64,000 nt of DNA from Trueperaceae bacterium. Its GTDB lineage: Bacteria; Deinococcota; Deinococci; Deinococcales; Trueperaceae. The notes under the pieces are model-generated. The model did not search any database. It saw only the letters and a program-made list of their open reading frames with translations, and was not told the DNA's origin. Made by a program: the position numbers and the translations under genes. The stretch lies in NCBI GenBank assembly GCA_965213925.1, contig OZ243927.1, positions 4,000,001 to 4,064,000 on the forward strand, in the 5' to 3' direction. How positions within the stretch are numbered: position 1 is the stretch's first letter; each line of letters begins with the position of its first letter. Positions 20,084 through 28,752 of the stretch are shown one piece after another.

Positions 20084-20146
20084 ATGAAATGTGCCGCACG
20101 CCCAAACAACCTATCTAATAATGATGATTGGCAGTTCGGGGCATAG
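20084..20146 (+). CDS. Asn/Asp-rich attenuator leader peptide (MKCAARPNNLSNNDDWQFGA)
   Basis: 6 of 8 consecutive codons are Asn/Asp; leaderless; directly upstream of a terminator and aspS. Confidence 0.8.
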   Translation: MKCAARPNNLSNNDDWQFGA

Positions 20147-20168
20147 GCGTCACGACGATGCTATGACA

Positions 20169-20201
20169 CCCCGAGGCGAACCTCGGGGATTTTTCTTTTT
20201 T
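20169..20201 (+). terminator. attenuator terminator upstream of aspS
   Basis: CCCCGAGG-CGAA-CCTCGGGG followed by ATTTTTCTTTTTT. Confidence 0.85.
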
Positions 20202-20212
20202 GGGAGTTCAAT

Positions 20213-21496
20213 ATGATAACCGCAACCCGCAGCCTCGTGTCTGAAATTCCGACGCAGTTAGGTGAAAATGTTCTTCTAAGGGGCTGGGTGCACAACCGCC
20301 GCGACTTGGGCGGCGTCAAGTTTTTAATCCTGCGTGACCGGAGCGGTCTGGTACAGTGCGTTTTCTCCAAAGGGGACATGCCGCTGCAAGAGAGCTGCGT
20401 CGAGGTAACCGGCAAGGTTGTTGAAAATGCGCGGGCTCCGGGCGGCTTTGAACTCCACGCCGACGGGCTCCACATCATCTCCGAAGCGACGGACGCGCCG
20501 CCCATCGAAATCCCGAAAGAGGAGTGGACGGTCAACCCGGATACGCTTTTGGAGTACCGCCACGTCTCGCTAAGAGGTCAAAAGGCGCAAGCCGCGATGA
20601 AGGTGCAAGCCGAACTCGTGCGCGCCTTTCGCGCTTATCTCAACTCGGAGCAGTTCACCGAAATCTTCTCCCCGAAAATCGTCGCCGCGGGCGCAGAAGG
20701 GGGCGCGAACCTCTTCGAGGTGGACTACTACGGCAAACGCGCCTACCTCGCACAGTCGCCGCAGCTCTACAAGCAGATTATGGTGGGCGTTTACGAGCGC
20801 GTCTATGAGACCGCGCCGGTCTACCGCGCCGAACTCTCGCACACCTCGCGCCACCTCTCCGAATACCTCTCGCTGGACGTGGAGATGGGCTTTATCGACT
20901 CTGACAGCGACGTGATGGATTTGGAAGAAGCGCTGCTCAAGTCCATGATGGCGCACGTCGGGGAGCACTGCGAGCGGCAACTCGGGGTGATGGAGGCGGA
21001 GCTTCCCAACCTAAACGTCACCTTTCCGCGCATCCCTCTTTTCGAAGCTCGAGACCTTATCAAAGAGCGCTACGGACACCAGACGGGCGGCAAAGACCTA
21101 GACCCCGAAGCCGAACGCCTCTTAGGGCGCTGGGCGAAAGAGGAGCACGGTTCGGACTTCGTCTTCGTGACGCACTACCCGCAGGCGGCGCGTCCCTTCT
21201 ACACCTACCCGACCGAGGACGGGCTCACACGCGGGCTCGACCTCATCTTTCGTGGCGTCGAAATCACCTCGGGCGGGCAGCGGATTCACGAGTACGGCGC
21301 GCTTGTTGACGAGATGAAGAAGCGCAACATGGACCCGGAGCGTTTTCAGGGCTACTTGGAAGTGTTCAAACACGGGATGCCGCCGCACGGCGGGTTTGCG
21401 ATTGGGGCGGAGCGGCTGACGGCGCTGCTTTTAGGAATTAGCAATGTGCGCTTTGCGCGGGCGTTTCCGAGGGATGGGAGTCGGTTGCAGCCCTAA
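20213..21496 (+). CDS. aspS: aspartate--tRNA(Asp/Asn) ligase, short archaeal-type non-discriminating (AspRS2)
   Basis: 427 aa, LRGWVHNRRDLG, ARAPGGFE, LAQSPQLYKQ, YRAE, SGGQRIH, GMPPHGGFAIGAERL. Confidence 0.93.
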   Translation: MITATRSLVSEIPTQLGENVLLRGWVHNRRDLGGVKFLILRDRSGLVQCVFSKGDMPLQESCVEVTGKVVENARAPGGFELHADGLHIISEATDAPPIEIPKEEWTVNPDTLLEYRHVSLRGQKAQAAMKVQAELVRAFRAYLNSEQFTEIFSPKIVAAGAEGGANLFEVDYYGKRAYLAQSPQLYKQIMVGVYERVYETAPVYRAELSHTSRHLSEYLSLDVEMGFIDSDSDVMDLEEALLKSMMAHVGEHCERQLGVMEAELPNLNVTFPRIPLFEARDLIKERYGHQTGGKDLDPEAERLLGRWAKEEHGSDFVFVTHYPQAARPFYTYPTEDGLTRGLDLIFRGVEITSGGQRIHEYGALVDEMKKRNMDPERFQGYLEVFKHGMPPHGGFAIGAERLTALLLGISNVRFARAFPRDGSRLQP

Positions 21497-21631
21497 ATTT
21501 TATGTCAATGACAAGGTAGCTTTCAATCAGGAGTATTCCCCTCTGCCGAAACAGTGTATTACGACGTTGACAATTAGGCTGCGAACTGGGTTAGCTCGGT
21601 CACGAGGGCGTTTTCATAGATTAGGTTTTTA

Positions 21632-22180
21632 ATGTCACAAAAAATTCGGCAGGAAAATGGAGGGTCCAACGCAAAAGCCGTCTCTTCTAGAAAGGGAATG
21701 GTCTGGGTCATTCTTATGGTTTCTATCGGTGGAGGACTCGTCATGGCAGCGTACAATATCAAAACGTTTTTGAGCGGGGGCAACGTTAGCCTTCAAGAAC
21801 TTTTAGTTACTCTAGCCATGATTGTATTCTTTATGTGGCTCGTGCTAACTAGCTCTACCCTCAAAGTCGAGGTGGACAAGGAGGGCATAATCTTCAACAG
21901 CATCTGGGGAGAGCGGACGCTCGCGTGGAAGGAGATACACAGCATAACCGTCCTTCCCGGCTACGGTTACATCCCTTTCATCGGCTACAATGTCTTGCTT
22001 CATACTACGACCTCGAGACGCGCCGTGCCGCTTGTCACTATAATGTTCGGTAATAGTCACAAGGTCATGAAAGCTGTTATAGAGGCGTCTTACCGAAGCA
22101 ACCCCGGCATCAGCATCAAAGGAAGTCTGCTCGACACCTACGGCTTGCCTCCCTACGGAATCTTCAAGCTAGAAAAGTGA
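21632..22180 (+). CDS. hypothetical membrane protein (bacterial PH-like)
   Basis: Two TM segments then GI..IWGERTLAWKEI. Confidence 0.6.
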   Translation: MSQKIRQENGGSNAKAVSSRKGMVWVILMVSIGGGLVMAAYNIKTFLSGGNVSLQELLVTLAMIVFFMWLVLTSSTLKVEVDKEGIIFNSIWGERTLAWKEIHSITVLPGYGYIPFIGYNVLLHTTTSRRAVPLVTIMFGNSHKVMKAVIEASYRSNPGISIKGSLLDTYGLPPYGIFKLEK

Positions 22181-22435
22181 GGCAGTCGCACTAGGCAAAG
22201 GGGTACCTCTATTTTGGGCGCTTGAGGGCTATCACTAAACTTACTCAAAAGACCATATTTTTGCGTGTAATAGAAGATGTTCCGTTTTGCGTGTATACAA
22301 AGTTTGCACCATCTCTTCTCGAGCAAGCTCTTACAAACAGCTACCCGAACGCGACCAGATAGAATCACTTAAAGCATGGTTACAGGAGAAGTAGGACAAT
22401 ACCTAATCAGGTACTTTTGCTGTAAAATACGAATT

Positions 22436-22654
22436 ATGACGACGCTTCTCGAGCAAGCCTTCTCCAAAGCCTCACAGCTACCCGAGCGCGAGCAGGACGC
22501 ACTTGCCGAACGCCTCTTAGCCGAGCTTGCCTCGGAGGAGCGCTGGAGAACGCTTTTCGGTGAATCGCAAGATTTACTCTCTGAGTTAGCTGAGGAAGCG
22601 TTGGCGGAGCACAGTGTAGATAAAACAAAAGTTCTACATCCTAATGATTTGTAG
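22436..22654 (+). CDS. putative antitoxin (orphan)
   Basis: MTTLLEQAFSKASQLPEREQDALA...EERW..LF..SQDLL..LAEEALAEH, a type usually upstream of RelE/ParE-like toxins; TAAAAT 7 nt before ATG. Confidence 0.7.
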   Translation: MTTLLEQAFSKASQLPEREQDALAERLLAELASEERWRTLFGESQDLLSELAEEALAEHSVDKTKVLHPNDL

Positions 22655-22680
22655 TGTTCAGAACGACAAGTAGATCAATA

Positions 22681-22716
22681 GAACGCGGTGGATACCCCGA
22701 GGTGTCCACCGCGTTC
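22681..22716. terminator. strong hairpin between convergent genes
   Basis: GAACGCGGTGGATACC/GGTGTCCACCGCGTTC. Confidence 0.7.
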
Positions 22717-22734
22717 AACTCTCTCAAACGACCG

Positions 22735-25700
22735 CTACGACTTACTCTCCGCCGTCTGCGGTCTAGGCGTTCTCTGCAAACTCGGTGCGGGCGTGCGCGG
22801 GCGTTCGGTCTCGGCGACCTCGCCCGAGCCGCCTTCGCCCCGCTCGAAGTTGCGGCGTTCGAACTGGTAGAAGGCGGCGGGCACGACGTAGAAGGTCAGG
22901 AGCGAAGAGGTCAGCACGCCCGCCAAGATAACTAAACCGAGCGGGCGACGAAACTCCGCGCCTTCGCCGAGCCCGAGCAGGAGGGGCGCGCTGATGATGA
23001 CGACGGTCACGGCGGTCATGACGATAGGGCGGAAGCGTAGCCGTCCCGCCTCGATGAGCGCGTCTTTGAGCGAGCGCCGCTCCCCTTCGCGGAGCTGCTC
23101 GAAGAGCACGTCGAGGAGGAGAATCGCGTTTTTCACGACCAAACCGATGAGCATGATCACGCCCAGCACGCTGATGATGTCGAACGAGGTGCCGGTGAAG
23201 TAAAAGGTCCAGAACACGCCGATGAGCGCTAAAGGTACGGTCAGCAAGAGGTATACGGGGAAGCGGAACGAGTTGAACTGCGTGGCGATAACCAGGTAGG
23301 TCAGCAGCAGCGCTAAGCCGAAGGCGATAGGACCGTATCTGGCGAGGTCACCGACCAGGTCGAGTTCGCCGCTGTCGCCTATGCCGACGGCGTCGCCGAT
23401 GAGACCCTCCTGGCGGAGACCCTCTTCGATCTCGTTACGCACCGTGAGGAGCGGCGGCGCACCCGTGGTGAGGTTCGCCTCGAAGTTGACCGAGTAGGTC
23501 TGGTTCGAGCGGGTGAGCGTCGTGGGCGCGGCGCGGCTTTCGAAGCGTCCGAGCGAGTTGATGGGGACGCGCGACTCCAAGCCGGGCGCGAAGATGGGCA
23601 GGCTGATGAGCGCCTGCTCGTCGCGGACGAAGCGCGGGTTGACCTGGACTTGGATGGGGATATCTTCGCCGCCCGAGCGAACCTGCGCCGCCTCCGTGCC
23701 GACGTTGTAGGTGCGCAGCGTGCCGTAGATATCCGATGCGCTCAGCCCCGTGCCCGTCAGTTGGGCGCGGTTGAGGATGAAAACCTGTTCGCTGACGGTG
23801 GACTCTAGGCTCGAGCTAACGTTGCGCAGATAGGGCACGCTCTCTAAGTAGCTGATCACCTCGGGTTCGCGCGCCTGGAGCGCCCCGAAGTCGTTCGAGG
23901 CGAGCGTGAGGGTGTAGACGTCCGAGGGCGGAGGTCCGCCCGCCGCGTCGCCCGCTTGGACGCTCACGTTAGCCGCCGGGAAGTTGGCGAGCGTCTCTTC
24001 AATACGGTTCTGATAGACCACCGCGTACTCGTTCGTCGTGCGCGTGCGCGCGTCCTTGCCGACGAGCTGGAGCGCTAACGCGATGCGCTCCGCCCCCGAG
24101 ACGCCGTTCTGATCCGACGCGCCCACGGTGACTTGCAACGTTTCGACAAGCGGGTCGTCCAAGAGGGCGTCTTCGACCCGGTTCGCCACCGCGTTGCTCT
24201 CGTCCAAGTTGACGCCCGTCGGCAACTCGACGGTCGCGGAGAGGAGACCCGAGTCGTCCGGCGGCGTGAAGTTAAAGCCGATGCGCGGCGCGACGAAGAT
24301 CAAACTGGCGAAGAGGAGCGCCGCCACCACCAGCACGACCCAGGGTTGCGCGAGCACACCGCTCAAGGACGAGACGTAAGCGTCCCTGACCACGTTCGTC
24401 GCTGCGTTGCCGACGCGGTAGATGCTGAGCGCCACCACACCCAAGAGGTGGCCGATAAGCCGCCCAATGTAGCGAACGACCACGAGAACGACCGGCACGG
24501 CGAGCAAGGCGAGCAGCCAGATGAGGCCGAGCTGCGTGTAGAGAGCCGCTGCGGCCGCCACCATGAGCACCCAGAACCAGATGCGCCGCCAGAGGTTGAG
24601 CCCCCAGCGCAGGTCGCTCCCAATCTTGCTAAACGCGCGCGGCAGGTCGCGCCAGCCGGGGGGGAGCGGATTGGGGGTGTACGCCAGGAGCATCGGCAGG
24701 AAGAAGATCGAGGCGAGGTAAGAAAATACGACCATCGCGACCATCGAGAGCCCAAAGGTCGCGAAGAAGTCGCCGATGACGCCGGGCAAGAAGGAGATGG
24801 GCAAGAAGACCGCCAGGAGCGCCAGCGTCGAGGCTAAGACGGGCGTCGAGACCTCCGCCGCGCCCACGACCACGCCCTCTTGCGGGTCCCTATCGCGGTA
24901 CCTGTCGATGTTCTCGGCGACCACGATGGAGTCGTCGACGACCAAGCCCACCGCCACCGTGATGGCTAAGAGCGTCATCAGGTTGAAGGTGAAGCCTAAG
25001 AGGAAAAAGGCGATGAACGCGCCTAAAATCGAGATAGGGATGGCGAGAATCACGCCTAAGAGCGTGCCGAGCCGCCCGACGAAGAAGAGCATGGTGATGC
25101 CGACTGCGGCGACGGCGATGGCGATCTCGACCAAGGTATCGCTTACGACGGCTTCGGTGAATTCGGTCGTGTCGCTGACGATCCGGGCGCTGTAGCCCTC
25201 TGGCAGCTCGAGTTCTGATAGCGCCCGCTCCACGCTGTTCGCCGCCGCCACCGAGTTGCCGCCCGAGGTCTTCTGCGCTTCTAAGAGGACGACCTGTTCA
25301 CCGTCAACGCGCGAGAAGCTCTCCAAATCTTCCGAGCTGTCGCGCACCGTGGCGATGTCAGACACGCTGACGCCGCGCGCCGAATCCACCGTGATATTCG
25401 CGACCGCCTCTAACGACGTCGGCGTGTTGCGCCCGGTCAAGAGGATGCGCCCGTTCGACACGTCCAAGCTGCCGATGGGCACGTCCGTCGCTGAGGCTTG
25501 GATCGCGCCCACGACCTGCGAGGGCGAGAGGTCGTACGAGTTCAACTGGTCGGGGTTTAAGAGCACCTGAATCTGCCGGTCCACTTCGCCCACCAACGAC
25601 ACGTCCGCGATGCCCTCGACGCGCTGCAACACCGGCGAGATGTTGTCGTCCACGTACCTCTGCAGCTCGGTGAGCGACACGCCGGGGGCGTCGACAGCGA

Positions 25701-26124
25701 TATCTAAAATCGGCTCCTCGCTCGGGTCGAACTTCTGCACGATGGGCGTGTCCGCGTCGCTGGGGAGCGCGTTCAAAATCGTGTCGAGGCGTTGCCCCAC
25801 GTCCACCGCCGCCTGGTCCTGGTCGACGCTGTTATTGAAGTTGATGATGATCACGCTCAAACCCTCGGACGAGGTCGAGGTGATGCTGCTCACGCCGGGC
25901 AGGGTCGCGAGCGAATCCTCGATGGGCTCGGTCAGCTCTTGGGCGACCTCTTCGGGACCCGCGCCGGGGTAAGGGGTCGAGACGGCGACAACGGGGATGG
26001 AAATCTCGGGGAAGAACTCGATGCCGAGTTCGAAGTAGGCGATGAGACCGAACAAGACCAGCGCCCCGAAAACGCTCACCGACGCGACGAAGCGCGTCAC
26101 GAAGAGTTGAATGAGACCTCTCAC
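22735..26124 (-). CDS. RND efflux permease (AcrB/AcrD/AcrF family)
   Basis: YPGAGPEEV, GLVVDDSIVVAENI, GLVVKNAILL, RFRPIVMT. Confidence 0.95.
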   Translation of the reverse strand: MRGLIQLFVTRFVASVSVFGALVLFGLIAYFELGIEFFPEISIPVVAVSTPYPGAGPEEVAQELTEPIEDSLATLPGVSSITSTSSEGLSVIIINFNNSVDQDQAAVDVGQRLDTILNALPSDADTPIVQKFDPSEEPILDIAVDAPGVSLTELQRYVDDNISPVLQRVEGIADVSLVGEVDRQIQVLLNPDQLNSYDLSPSQVVGAIQASATDVPIGSLDVSNGRILLTGRNTPTSLEAVANITVDSARGVSVSDIATVRDSSEDLESFSRVDGEQVVLLEAQKTSGGNSVAAANSVERALSELELPEGYSARIVSDTTEFTEAVVSDTLVEIAIAVAAVGITMLFFVGRLGTLLGVILAIPISILGAFIAFFLLGFTFNLMTLLAITVAVGLVVDDSIVVAENIDRYRDRDPQEGVVVGAAEVSTPVLASTLALLAVFLPISFLPGVIGDFFATFGLSMVAMVVFSYLASIFFLPMLLAYTPNPLPPGWRDLPRAFSKIGSDLRWGLNLWRRIWFWVLMVAAAAALYTQLGLIWLLALLAVPVVLVVVRYIGRLIGHLLGVVALSIYRVGNAATNVVRDAYVSSLSGVLAQPWVVLVVAALLFASLIFVAPRIGFNFTPPDDSGLLSATVELPTGVNLDESNAVANRVEDALLDDPLVETLQVTVGASDQNGVSGAERIALALQLVGKDARTRTTNEYAVVYQNRIEETLANFPAANVSVQAGDAAGGPPPSDVYTLTLASNDFGALQAREPEVISYLESVPYLRNVSSSLESTVSEQVFILNRAQLTGTGLSASDIYGTLRTYNVGTEAAQVRSGGEDIPIQVQVNPRFVRDEQALISLPIFAPGLESRVPINSLGRFESRAAPTTLTRSNQTYSVNFEANLTTGAPPLLTVRNEIEEGLRQEGLIGDAVGIGDSGELDLVGDLARYGPIAFGLALLLTYLVIATQFNSFRFPVYLLLTVPLALIGVFWTFYFTGTSFDIISVLGVIMLIGLVVKNAILLLDVLFEQLREGERRSLKDALIEAGRLRFRPIVMTAVTVVIISAPLLLGLGEGAEFRRPLGLVILAGVLTSSLLTFYVVPAAFYQFERRNFERGEGGSGEVAETERPRTPAPSLQRTPRPQTAESKS

Positions 26125-27382
26125 GGCTCTCTCCGATCACCTGAACGGGCGTGCCGTCTCTCAGGTCGGCGGGCAGCGGGTAGACGACCCTGGTGCCGGG
26201 CCCCAACCCGTTCACCACGACGTTGCCGCCCGCTTCGCCGACTGTGCTCACCTCTTGGCTCCGCGCCACGCCGTCCTGTAACGCCAGCACAACGCTCCGC
26301 CCGCCCGTGGTGCGCACTGCACCCGACGGGAGTCTAACGCCTTCGGCGAGCGTGATCTCATAGGTGAGCTGCGCGACCGTGCCGACCGGAATCTGCTGCT
26401 CGGACGGGTAGACGCGGGCGGTGATGTTGACCAAGCGCGACTCGCCGGGGACCTGTGAAGAGCGGATGATCTGCGCCGCGTAGTCGAGCCCGTTGTAGTC
26501 GATGTAGACGAGACCCTGCTCGACCAAGGGTCCAGCGTCTTGCGGCGGCACAGAGAACTTGGCGAGCTGCTCTTCGGTGCTCACCAGTCTAAAGGCGGGG
26601 CTGCCCGAGCCGATGAACTCGCCCTGCTCGACCAAGACCTCGGCGACCTCGCCCGTAAAGGGCGCGGTAATGGTCGCGTCGTTTAAGGCGCGCTGCGCCT
26701 GGGCGAGTTGGTTTTGGGCTTGTTGCACCTGAAGACGTTGTAATTCTAAGTTTTCACTAGGGGCGCGTTCTAGCTGCGCCAAGCTTGCCTGGGCTTGCTG
26801 GAAGGAGGACTGCGACTGCTCCAACTGCGCCTTAAACTGCGTGAGCTGCGTCTGCGAGATGCCGCCCGAACGGAAGAGCTGCTGACCCTCCTCGTACTGC
26901 TGCCGCGCCAACTCCAGGTTGGTCCGCGCCGCGTCCAGCGCAGCTCTCGCCTGCTCGGTATTTTCCTGCGTCGAATTCTGAGCGCTCTGCAGGTTGACGC
27001 GGGCGGTCTGCAAGGCGGTGCGGGCGTTTTCGACTTGGAGCTGCGACGTTTCGGCGTCCAAACGGACGACCGTGTCGCCCTCCTGGACTTGGGCTCCCTC
27101 CCTCGCCACGACGCTCGCGACCTGACCCGAGGTGCCCGCCGCGATTTGGCTCTCGCGACCCGGCTCGATATCAACCGACGTGCTCCTTTGAGTTGTGAGT
27201 TCGCCCGTCTCGGCGGCGAGCACGCGTACGCGCCGCGCGTTGTTCTGGGCTTGGTTTTGAGATTGGCTTTGCTCGTCGCTATTCTGATCTTGCGCTTGTA
27301 CACCGCCACACGCGCTAAGCACGCCAAGTATGAGTACAAAGGCGAGCGCGGTACACCCCCGCTGACACTGTTGAACACTCAC
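25832..27382 (-). CDS. RND periplasmic adaptor (MFP) lipoprotein; stop codon apparently lost
   Basis: Lipobox LSAC, SGQV...EG..V..GD, coiled coil, ITAPFTG. Homology appears to end near 26125 but the frame runs about 290 nt into the permease. Confidence 0.88.
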   Translation of the reverse strand: MSVQQCQRGCTALAFVLILGVLSACGGVQAQDQNSDEQSQSQNQAQNNARRVRVLAAETGELTTQRSTSVDIEPGRESQIAAGTSGQVASVVAREGAQVQEGDTVVRLDAETSQLQVENARTALQTARVNLQSAQNSTQENTEQARAALDAARTNLELARQQYEEGQQLFRSGGISQTQLTQFKAQLEQSQSSFQQAQASLAQLERAPSENLELQRLQVQQAQNQLAQAQRALNDATITAPFTGEVAEVLVEQGEFIGSGSPAFRLVSTEEQLAKFSVPPQDAGPLVEQGLVYIDYNGLDYAAQIIRSSQVPGESRLVNITARVYPSEQQIPVGTVAQLTYEITLAEGVRLPSGAVRTTGGRSVVLALQDGVARSQEVSTVGEAGGNVVVNGLGPGTRVVYPLPADLRDGTPVQVIGESRERSHSTLRDALRRVGERFRGAGLVRSHRLLRTRHRVLPRDFHPRCRRLDPLPRRGSRRGRPRADRAHRGFARDPARREQHHLDLVRGFERDHHQLQ

Positions 27383-28752
27383 TGATTTCCTCCTTGTGAG
27401 CCACCCGTCGCGTCATCGGCGGCGTTATCTGTACCCGGCGTTTCACCTGTGGTCTCACTCTGCGCATCTTCATCGCCGCTGTTATCGGTACCTGTGCTGC
27501 CCGTACCTGTATCGTTTGTACCCGTATCATTTGCACCTGTATTACTTGTGCCCGTATCACTTGTACCCGTACCGCCTGCGCCGCTCGAGCTTCCCGCTTC
27601 CTGCTCACTTCCAGAGGGTGAACTGGTAGGCGCACTGCCCGTCTCCCCCCGCGCCGCGCCAAAGGCTGCCGAAGCTTCGATGGGCTCGGTCGAGGGCACG
27701 TCGAGCACTTCGGGACCGCCTAAGTCCACGAGCGTGCCCGACTGAAGGCTCAAGAGAGAGGTGAGGTAGCCGTAGCGGGCTTGCAACGCCTCTAGCTCCG
27801 CTTGCAAGTTCGACAGCTCCGCCTGGCTCAGTTCGATGCGGGCGATGAGCCCCCCTTCGAAGCGCTGGCGCTGGGTTTGCAACCGCTCGTTGGCGTTTTG
27901 CAGGGCTTCCTGCTCGGTCTGGTAGGTCTCCTGGGCGCTTGCGGCGCTGTTGTAGAGGTTGCGCGCCTGGATGCGGAAGCTGCGCTTCGTTTCCTGCACG
28001 CTCTCCCTAGCGTTCGTGAGCCCCGTCTCCGCACCGTCGATCTGCGAGCGTGAGGCGTACGAGGGGTCGAGCAAATCGGTATTGAGTTGGGCTAGCTCGA
28101 GCTGCTGCTCCGCCTGCAACACAGTAGGGTGCTGTGCGGCGGCGTTAAGCACGCGCTCCAACTCGGGAACTTGCGCGAGGTAGTCGTCAGAGATAGACTC
28201 TAAATTTTCCGCCTGGAGTTCCCTAGCCAAGATGCTCTCTAGGTTATTCACCGCGACGCTCAAGTTGTCTCGCGACGAGCGCAAGTTGTTCTGCGCCTCG
28301 TTCAGCGCGGTTCGCGCCTCGTCCAAGTCGAGCTGCGTGCCGCTGCCGTTCTCCAAGCGAATCTGCGCGATCTCCAAAGAGGTCTCGTTGACCGCCACGC
28401 CCTTTTGCGCCACCTGCACCCCTTTCAGCCCTTGCACCACGTTCGTATACGCCGCAGCGATCTCTTGCAGGGCGCTGTAGTAGGTCTGCTCGAAGTTCGC
28501 GCGCGCGAGCGCCAAGCGCTGCTCCGCTTGCAAGGTGTCGTTTCTGACCGCTAAGGGGTCGTTCTCGGTGCGCTGCAAATTGATGACCGCGTCGCGCAGT
28601 TCAATGCGGGCGGTGGCGACGGCGGGGCGGTTCTCGGCGGCTTGCAGCGACGCCTCTAAGGTGAGCGCGTGCGCGAACGGCAAGAGGAGAAAGAGGACGG
28701 GCGCTAAGCGCGTCATCACACCTTCGAAAGCAGTCACGGTGAAAACGGTCAT
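27379..28752 (-). CDS. TolC-family outer membrane protein with low-complexity C-tail
   Basis: Helical OEP repeats (RLENGSGTQLDL, RFEGGLIARIEL). Confidence 0.85.
   Translation of the reverse strand: MTVFTVTAFEGVMTRLAPVLFLLLPFAHALTLEASLQAAENRPAVATARIELRDAVINLQRTENDPLAVRNDTLQAEQRLALARANFEQTYYSALQEIAAAYTNVVQGLKGVQVAQKGVAVNETSLEIAQIRLENGSGTQLDLDEARTALNEAQNNLRSSRDNLSVAVNNLESILARELQAENLESISDDYLAQVPELERVLNAAAQHPTVLQAEQQLELAQLNTDLLDPSYASRSQIDGAETGLTNARESVQETKRSFRIQARNLYNSAASAQETYQTEQEALQNANERLQTQRQRFEGGLIARIELSQAELSNLQAELEALQARYGYLTSLLSLQSGTLVDLGGPEVLDVPSTEPIEASAAFGAARGETGSAPTSSPSGSEQEAGSSSGAGGTGTSDTGTSNTGANDTGTNDTGTGSTGTDNSGDEDAQSETTGETPGTDNAADDATGGSQGGNQ

Noticed and set aside
20084..20201. T-box riboswitch before aspS
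   Set aside because: No T-box consensus and too short for stem I; a leader-peptide attenuator fits better.
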